A stretch of DNA of 21,893 nucleotides from Thermococci archaeon (lineage in GTDB: Archaea; Hadarchaeota; B88-G9). Made by a program: the position numbers and the translations under genes. Under the pieces are notes generated by a model, which saw only the letters and a program-made list of their open reading frames with translations, was not told the origin of the DNA and ran no database searches. Positions 15,713 to 21,893 of the stretch are shown piece after piece (within the stretch, counting starts at the first letter, position 1; every line of letters starts with the position of its first letter). The stretch covers positions 1-21,893 of the forward strand of contig QMUK01000007.1 of the NCBI GenBank assembly GCA_003660555.1, given 5' to 3'.

Positions 15713-17391
15713 TTAGGAAATACGCCGTAATAAACGCTTACCAATATGGCGAGGCATCAGTTGCCCCAGTTATGGGAAAAGTAATGGCTGAACTACCTGA
15801 ACTTAAGAGAGAGGCAAAGGAAATAGCTAAAATAGTCGAAGAAATCGTAAACGAGATTAATTCACTAAAGAAAAAAGAGTTGAGAGCTCTATTTGAGAAA
15901 TACCGCGAAGAAATAGAAACAAGGAAAAAAGAGGAGGGGGAAACTAAGAAACTTCCTAGTTTACCAAATGCTGAAATGGGAAAAGTAGTAACCAGAGCCG
16001 CTCCAAATCCAAACGGTCCCTTTCACATAGGAAATGCTAGGGCATACATACTGAGCCACGAATACGCTAGGATTTACAATGGCAAATTCATATTGCGATT
16101 TGAAGATACGGATCCGAAGATAAAGAGACCAGAGCCCATATTCTATGAATGGATCAAGGAAGACATGAAGTGGTTGGGCTTAGAATGGGACGAGGAATAC
16201 TACCAATCGGATAGACTTGAAATATACTACGAAATTGCAGAGGAACTAATAGAAAAAGGAAAAGCTTACGTTTGTACGTGCATTCCAGAGAAATGGAGAG
16301 AGCTTAGAGATAGGGGAGAGGCCTGCCCTTGCAGGAATTTGGAAATAGGAGAACAACTCGATAGATGGAAGAAGATGTTCTCCCATTACAAGGAGGGGGA
16401 GGCTGTAGTCAGGATAAAAACAGATCTAAATGATCCTAACCCCGCTATAAGAGATTGGGCAGCTCTGAGGATAATAGAGGGAGATCATCCGAGAGTTGGA
16501 AGGAAATACAGAGTGTGGCCCCTCTACAATTTTTCATGCGCCATAGATGATCACCTAATGGGAGTTACACACATACTCAGAGGACAGGAGCATGCTGTAA
16601 ACGAAAGGAGACAGTCCTACGTATACGAATACATGGGATGGGAGAAACCAGTAGCTATACATCACGGGAGACTGATGATAGAAGGAGTAGTTCTCAGCAC
16701 TTCCAAAATAAGAAATGGAATAAACAAGGGAGAATATAGTGGATGGGACGATCCAAGGCTTGGAACCATAAGAGCTCTCAGGAGAAGGGGAATAACCCCT
16801 CAGGCAATAAAGGAACTCATAATTTCATTAGGACCTAAGACTTCAGACGTCTCAGTCAGTTGGGATAACCTAGCAGCAATAAATAGAAAGATAGTGGATC
16901 CAAAGGCCAATAGGTACTTCTTCGTTCCAGAACCCGTTCTCCTTAGAATAAGAAATGGGATACCTGGGAAATATTACCTCAGGCTACATCCAGATTACCC
17001 GCAAAGAGGTAGCAGGGTATTGGAAATACCAGAATCAGGAAATGGTGAAGTAGAACTCTATGTTCCCAAGGACGACATGAAATCCATCCCAGAGGGGAAA
17101 ATATTCAGACTGAAAGACCTATGGAATGTAAAACTAATAGATAAAGACGAATTGTTGTCAGAGAGAGTAGAGACTGAGGAAATGCCTAAGATCAAGATAC
17201 AGTGGCTACCACTGAGAGAGAGCATTAAAGCGATCGTTGTAATGGGAGACGCCTCTCTAATTGAGGGTCTAATAGAGAGAAACGTTCTCATGGAAAAAGA
17301 GGGAGAGGTAGTCCAACTGGAGAGGTTCGGCTTCTGTAGGATAGATTCAGCTTCTAAAGATGTGGTTACGCTCTTCTTCTCCCACAAGTGA
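15673..17391 (+). CDS. gltX: Glutamyl-tRNA synthetase (archaeal type)
   Basis: 572 aa. HIGH motif (PNPNGPFHIGNARA) and KMSKS-equivalent VLSTSK. It has the archaeal N-terminal extension. The start GTG 15673 overlaps the idi stop; alternative starts at 15682/15700. Confidence 0.9.
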   Translation: MVRVERNKELEEIIRKYAVINAYQYGEASVAPVMGKVMAELPELKREAKEIAKIVEEIVNEINSLKKKELRALFEKYREEIETRKKEEGETKKLPSLPNAEMGKVVTRAAPNPNGPFHIGNARAYILSHEYARIYNGKFILRFEDTDPKIKRPEPIFYEWIKEDMKWLGLEWDEEYYQSDRLEIYYEIAEELIEKGKAYVCTCIPEKWRELRDRGEACPCRNLEIGEQLDRWKKMFSHYKEGEAVVRIKTDLNDPNPAIRDWAALRIIEGDHPRVGRKYRVWPLYNFSCAIDDHLMGVTHILRGQEHAVNERRQSYVYEYMGWEKPVAIHHGRLMIEGVVLSTSKIRNGINKGEYSGWDDPRLGTIRALRRRGITPQAIKELIISLGPKTSDVSVSWDNLAAINRKIVDPKANRYFFVPEPVLLRIRNGIPGKYYLRLHPDYPQRGSRVLEIPESGNGEVELYVPKDDMKSIPEGKIFRLKDLWNVKLIDKDELLSERVETEEMPKIKIQWLPLRESIKAIVVMGDASLIEGLIERNVLMEKEGEVVQLERFGFCRIDSASKDVVTLFFSHK

Positions 17392-17409
17392 TTTCTCCTT
17401 TATCACGGA

Positions 17410-20175
17410 TCAGCGCCTCTTACTCTCCAAAGTGGACCTAGCCCCAGACAGTATAGCTACTGGAACTCTGTACGGAGAGCAACTCACGTAGTCTACTCCA
17501 ATTTCGTGAAAGAATCTTATTGATCTCGGATCTCCTCCGTGCTCCCCGCAAACACCTATTTTGACTTTTCCCTTCGATTTCTCTACGCAGATTTTGATTA
17601 ATTCCCCAACTCCCTCTAGGTCTAGAGTAAAGAACGGGTCTTCCTCTAGTATTTCTTTTTCTAGGTATTGGGTTATTATGGGTCCGTAATCGTCTCTGCT
17701 TAGAGCCATAGTCATTTGGGTTAAGTCGTTTGTTCCAAACGAGAAGAAATCCGAGTACTCTGCTAGTTTGTCTCCTACAATGGCTGCTCTAGGGGTCTCT
17801 ATCATAGTACCTATGGTGTAGTGAACCCTGACTCCCTCCTCTCTCATTACTCGCTCAGCCACTTCTTCGATTAACTCCCTGAGAATTTTCATCTCGCTCT
17901 CGTGCATTGTAAGGGGTACCATTATCTCCGGATAGACTTCTCTTCCCTCTTTTTTGAGAGAACACGCGGCTCTCATTATTGCTTCAACCTGCATTTCAAA
18001 TATCTCTGGATAAGCAATTCCCAATCTACAACCCCTAAAGCCCATCATAGGATTTTTCTCCTCAAGTGTCTTCACTCTCTCGTATTCTTCCATTATTTCA
18101 CTCTCTCTCGATAATATTTCCTCTATTATTCCCCTGTATTCTTTTCTATTCATTAGTTCCTCTCTTATGGATGGGAAGTCCTTGTGAATTTTGAGTAGAA
18201 TCACCTTTTCCAGCAACTCCTGGGGATTCGGAAGGAACTCATGCAATGGCGGGTCCAGAAGTCTTATAGTTACCGGTAGCCCCTCCATTTCATTAAATAT
18301 CTTCTTAAAATCCTCTATTTGGTAGAACATCAATTCCCTAAGAGCTTTTCTCCTCTCTTTCTCGTTCATTGCCATTATTACTTTCCTCATCCTCTCGATC
18401 CTTCCCTCTCCGAAGAACATGTGTTCCGTCCTGCAGAGACCTATTCCCTTAGCACCGAATTCCCTGGCTTTCCTTGCGTCTTCTGGAGTGTCTGCATTAG
18501 CCCTTACTTCCAATTCAGATATTTCAGTGGCCCAACCCAGAAGTTCCTTCATCTCCGGTGTGATCTCTGGTGGAAGCATTGGTGCTTTACCGAGAATGAC
18601 GTTCCCAGTCGTGCCATCTATGGTTATGCGCTCACCTTCCTTCACGATAACTCCGCTCTCAGTTTCGAAGTACTTTCCTTTGTCATCTATTCTCATCTCC
18701 TCACATCCAACAACGCAGGGAATGCCCCATCCTCTAGTAACTACTGCTGCGTGAGACGTTCTACCACCCTTAGCAGTGAGGACTCCGACAGAGGACTTTA
18801 TGCCATGAACGTCGTCTGCGCTAGTTTCTGGTCTGACCAATATTACTTCTTCTCCTTTTTCTCTCAGTTCTTCTGCTCTGTCTGGGTCGAATACAACTAT
18901 TCCGGAAGCGGCTCCTGGTGACGCTGGTATTCCTTTGGCTATCACTCGAAGTTCCTTACTCTCATCTATTCTCGGGTGTAATAGTTTGTCTATTTGATCT
19001 GGCTCTACCCTCATTATGGCCTCTTCCTTAGATATAAGCCCCTCCTTGGCCATGTCTACTGCTATTTTAACTGCAGCTCTTGGTGTTCTCTTAGCAGTCC
19101 TAGTTTGGAGTATGAAGAGCTTCCTAAGGCTTCCGTCAATGGTGAACTCGAAGTCCTGTACGTCTCTATAGTGTTTCTCTAATTTCTCACCTATCTCGAG
19201 TAATTCTCTGTATATATCGGGAAACATCTTTTCCATCTCTTTTATTGGCAGAGGTGTCCTCACACCTGCGACTACGTCTTCTCCTTGTGCATTGGGAAGA
19301 AACTCTCCATAGAGCTCTTTTTCCCCCGTTTCAACGTTTCTAGTGAAGCAAACCCCCGTTCCTCCACCTTCTGTGTTTCCAAAGACCATGGCCTGTATGT
19401 TCACTGCAGTACAAAGTTTATCAGAGATTCTCTCCTCTTTTCTGTATTCCACAGCCCTGGGATTATTCCATGAGGATATCACAGCATCTATTGCTAGAAG
19501 GAGTTGCTCCCAAGGATTCTGTGGAAATTCGACTATTTCTCTCTCTTTAATTCTATTCGCTACTATCCCATTACTAGGAGGATTTCTCAGCAATTTAGAT
19601 TTTATCAGTTCTTTGTATTCATTTACTAGCTCCTTTAAAGATGAAGTACTTAGTTGATGATCAAATTCAACGTTTTCCTCGTCTCTTTTCTTAGAGAGTA
19701 CTTTCTCAAATTCCTCGTGTGGTATTCCCAGCACTACGTTTCCAAACATGGAAAGAAGTCTTCTATAGCTATCCCAAGCTGCTCTCTCACCTATTAGCTT
19801 AGAGAGACCTCTGACCACTTCGTCGTTCATCCCTAAGTTGAGTATTGTGTCCATCATCCCCGGCATGGAAACTGGAGCCCCAGATCTCACAGACACTAAG
19901 AGAGGGTTATCTGGATCCCCAAATCTCCTTCCTAATTGTTTTTCTATCTCTCTCATAGCCTCTTTAATCTGTTCCTCCAATCCAGGCGGATACTTCCCTT
20001 TGGAGTAGTACTCCCTGCATACCTCGGTAGTTATCGTGAACCCAGGCGGAACGGGCAGTCCCATTAGACTCATTTCCGCTAGATTAGCTCCCTTTCCACC
20101 TAAGAGGTCCCTCATTCCAGCATTTCCTTCAGTTCTCTCACCAAAGAGATATACGTATTTTCTCTTTCTGGACAT
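17410..20175 (-). CDS. ppdK: Pyruvate, phosphate dikinase
   Basis: 921 aa. N-terminal ...GGKGANLAEM... ATP-grasp signature, central phosphohistidine domain (...GGRTSHAAVVTRGWG...) and C-terminal PEP-utilising TIM barrel. The length is typical of PPDK rather than PEP synthase (about 800 aa). Confidence 0.88.
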   Translation of the reverse strand: MSRKRKYVYLFGERTEGNAGMRDLLGGKGANLAEMSLMGLPVPPGFTITTEVCREYYSKGKYPPGLEEQIKEAMREIEKQLGRRFGDPDNPLLVSVRSGAPVSMPGMMDTILNLGMNDEVVRGLSKLIGERAAWDSYRRLLSMFGNVVLGIPHEEFEKVLSKKRDEENVEFDHQLSTSSLKELVNEYKELIKSKLLRNPPSNGIVANRIKEREIVEFPQNPWEQLLLAIDAVISSWNNPRAVEYRKEERISDKLCTAVNIQAMVFGNTEGGGTGVCFTRNVETGEKELYGEFLPNAQGEDVVAGVRTPLPIKEMEKMFPDIYRELLEIGEKLEKHYRDVQDFEFTIDGSLRKLFILQTRTAKRTPRAAVKIAVDMAKEGLISKEEAIMRVEPDQIDKLLHPRIDESKELRVIAKGIPASPGAASGIVVFDPDRAEELREKGEEVILVRPETSADDVHGIKSSVGVLTAKGGRTSHAAVVTRGWGIPCVVGCEEMRIDDKGKYFETESGVIVKEGERITIDGTTGNVILGKAPMLPPEITPEMKELLGWATEISELEVRANADTPEDARKAREFGAKGIGLCRTEHMFFGEGRIERMRKVIMAMNEKERRKALRELMFYQIEDFKKIFNEMEGLPVTIRLLDPPLHEFLPNPQELLEKVILLKIHKDFPSIREELMNRKEYRGIIEEILSRESEIMEEYERVKTLEEKNPMMGFRGCRLGIAYPEIFEMQVEAIMRAACSLKKEGREVYPEIMVPLTMHESEMKILRELIEEVAERVMREEGVRVHYTIGTMIETPRAAIVGDKLAEYSDFFSFGTNDLTQMTMALSRDDYGPIITQYLEKEILEEDPFFTLDLEGVGELIKICVEKSKGKVKIGVCGEHGGDPRSIRFFHEIGVDYVSCSPYRVPVAILSGARSTLESKRR

Positions 20176-20177
20176 GT

Positions 20178-21527
20178 CTAGTCCTCCCCTGCTATTTTAA
20201 CAAGAAGACGCTTTACTTTATCGAAAATTTGTCTTTCTCCCTCTACAGTTATTCTTATTATTTCTTCGGTTCCGGACGGTCTAACGAGTACCCACCAATC
20301 TTCTCCCTCTATTCTGACCCCATCCATCCTAATTATTTTAGTGTAATCCAATCCGAGCTCCTCTATGGACTCAATGAACTTGGAAATTATCTCTTCTTTC
20401 TTATGTTCTGGAGAGCTTACTTTTCCTCTAATCACTTTAGGTGTTGGCATTTTATCTATTTCGTTTACTATCTCTCCGAATTTCCACAAAATGAATGCAG
20501 AAGAGAAAAGGCCGTCTGGTGCTAGGTGATTTCTTGGAAATATGTGACTACCATTTGGTTCCCCTCCGAACACTGCAGAGCTACCTCTCATTTCCTCTGA
20601 AACTTCTACGTCCCCGACTCTGGTTAATATTAGCTCTCCTCCTTTCCTCTCGACTATCTCTTTGATCAAGAGGGGGCAATCCACAGTAGTGACTATTCTT
20701 CCACCCCCCTCCTCCTCTAACAAAACTGAGGCAATTGCTGCTAAGAGTTTTTCCGGACTGACCATTTTTCCCATTAAAGTGAGGGACAACCTGTCTCCGT
20801 CACCATCGAAGGCAAATCCTATTCCCTTCTTAGAAATAGAAAGAAATTCCGAGAGATTACTCTCACTAGGTTCCGGATTTCTCCAAGAGAAAAACGGATC
20901 TGGATTTGAATTGACCGATTTTAGTCTACTCACTCCCAGTCTCCTCAGTAACTCTAAGGAGATTGAGCATGGAGCGCCACCAGACGGGTCAACGTATATG
21001 TCTAGCTTTTCTCTTATTCCCTCGGAAATCTCAATGTGAGACACTATCTCGAAGTAGTCCAGTACCAAATCACTTCTGTCTATCATAGTTCCTATTTTCT
21101 TCCAATCTATTCTTTTCCACGGCTTTTCACTTTTTACTTCGTTGTATTTCTCCTCTATTTTGTTTTCTTCTCGTCTCGAGACCAGTCCTCCATCTCTCTC
21201 TATGACTTTGACTCCTGAGTACTCAGGAGGATTATGAGATGCCGTAACACTGAGACCAAAGTCATACTCTTCTCTTTTGACCAAATACGAAGTGACTGGT
21301 GTTGGCGATACTCCGAGATAATGTACTTCTCCTCCCATGGACGTTATTCCGGCAGATAGAGCCAGTGCCAGAGGCAAAGATGCTTTTCTGTAGTCTATTC
21401 CAATTAGGACCTCCGGAGAATTTCTCCATTCGGCTAAGGCTGCCCCTAAAAGTGAGAAATTCTCTGGATTGACCAATGCTCCCATTTTCCCTCTTATTCC
21501 AGAGGTGCCGAAGAGCGTCATCAACAC
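20178..21527 (-). CDS. Phosphoglucomutase / phosphomannomutase (alpha-D-phosphohexomutase family)
   Basis: 449 aa. Active-site TASHNP, metal-binding FDGDGDR and sugar-binding GGEPNGS motifs. Confidence 0.85.
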   Translation of the reverse strand: MLMTLFGTSGIRGKMGALVNPENFSLLGAALAEWRNSPEVLIGIDYRKASLPLALALSAGITSMGGEVHYLGVSPTPVTSYLVKREEYDFGLSVTASHNPPEYSGVKVIERDGGLVSRREENKIEEKYNEVKSEKPWKRIDWKKIGTMIDRSDLVLDYFEIVSHIEISEGIREKLDIYVDPSGGAPCSISLELLRRLGVSRLKSVNSNPDPFFSWRNPEPSESNLSEFLSISKKGIGFAFDGDGDRLSLTLMGKMVSPEKLLAAIASVLLEEEGGGRIVTTVDCPLLIKEIVERKGGELILTRVGDVEVSEEMRGSSAVFGGEPNGSHIFPRNHLAPDGLFSSAFILWKFGEIVNEIDKMPTPKVIRGKVSSPEHKKEEIISKFIESIEELGLDYTKIIRMDGVRIEGEDWWVLVRPSGTEEIIRITVEGERQIFDKVKRLLVKIAGED

Positions 21528-21893
21528 TCCTCCAAGAGGGTGGTGAGAGCTATGAGAGAAGAGGGTATCCCGTGCTCAGTCGCGAAGGTTATTCCAGGAC
21601 ATAGATCTATTGTGAAGTCACAAAACCTAAATATTCCCGGAGGTATTCCCTCTCTCGATCCTATAAGTATGAACAAACTTTTCTTTCCTTTTATTTCCCG
21701 GAGTATTTCGTTCTTCACCTTTTGAATTGGTTCTCCTCTTGGATCCGTAGCTATCAATAATCTTTTCTCTTTATTCATGCTCCATATTTCTCTTATTAGC
21801 TGATATAGATCTCTGAGTGTCACAGAGACTCTATGAGGCTCTCTCCCATAAGTTCTCTTTTGTATCTCGTACCTACTTCTTATTCCCTCCAGA
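21521..21893 (-). CDS. trm56: SPOUT-class tRNA (cytidine56-2'-O)-methyltransferase (Trm56-like), C-terminal part. The N-terminus lies beyond the window end.
   Basis: The reading frame is open to the window edge. The C-terminal block ...LIGSREGIPPGIFRFCDFTIDLCPGITFATEHGIPSSLIALTTLL parallels the archaeal Trm56 C-terminus (..[36 protein letters not shown]..) as I recall it. Family assignment is moderate. Confidence 0.5.
   Translation of the reverse strand, partial: LEGIRSRYEIQKRTYGREPHRVSVTLRDLYQLIREIWSMNKEKRLLIATDPRGEPIQKVKNEILREIKGKKSLFILIGSREGIPPGIFRFCDFTIDLCPGITFATEHGIPSSLIALTTLLEEC

Noticed and set aside
14668-15744. ORFs 14668-14982 (+) and 15028-15744 (-) within idi2
   Set aside because: They are alternative-frame or antisense shadows of the type-2 IPP isomerase gene, which has end-to-end family signatures.
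17902-19657. Several 60-200 aa plus-strand ORFs inside ppdK (e.g. 18319-18921)
   Set aside because: They are antisense to a 921 aa PPDK with full domain architecture. The F/S/C/W-rich translations are implausible.

Overview
This 21.9 kb window is a compact, gene-dense segment of an archaeal chromosome. The evidence: three archaeal-type tRNA genes, one with a canonical 37/38 intron; A/T-rich TATA boxes about 25-35 nt upstream of start codons (leaderless style); an archaeal lower mevalonate pathway (mvk, isopentenyl-phosphate kinase, type-2 IPP isomerase); PdaD; and an archaeal-type GluRS. GC is about 42% (estimated by eye), and the proteins are rich in E/K/I/R, as expected for a thermophile.

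Four blocks are recognisable:
- (a) 1-2950: a partial KaiC-like ATPase gene, rpiA with an intron-containing tRNA(CAU) embedded in its 3' end, a UPF0045/MTH1187 plus GYD small-protein operon, and a stomatin/SPFH gene.
- (b) 2934-6624: a translationally coupled polyamine operon pdaD-speH-speE-speB plus a DUF43/BpsA-like branched-polyamine aminopropyltransferase.
- (c) 6919-10254: a tRNA-Glu ... tRNA-Pro bracketed island of uncharacterised genes: an MBL-fold hydrolase, a small membrane protein, a ~390 nt ORF-free stretch, and a signal-anchored secreted protein.
- (d) 10179-17391: one long plus-strand operon tRNA-Pro-eno-rps2-MEMO1-like-mvk-ipk-idi2-gltX, followed by a convergent minus-strand block ppdK-PGM/PMM-trm56 (partial).

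I found no CRISPR array, rRNA, transposase or integrase. Nothing resembles a known defence system. The most open questions lie in the tRNA-bracketed island, the ORF-free 8471-8860 stretch with a small SD-preceded hydrophobic ORF and a hairpin/T-tract, and three tRNA/CDS tight junctions.
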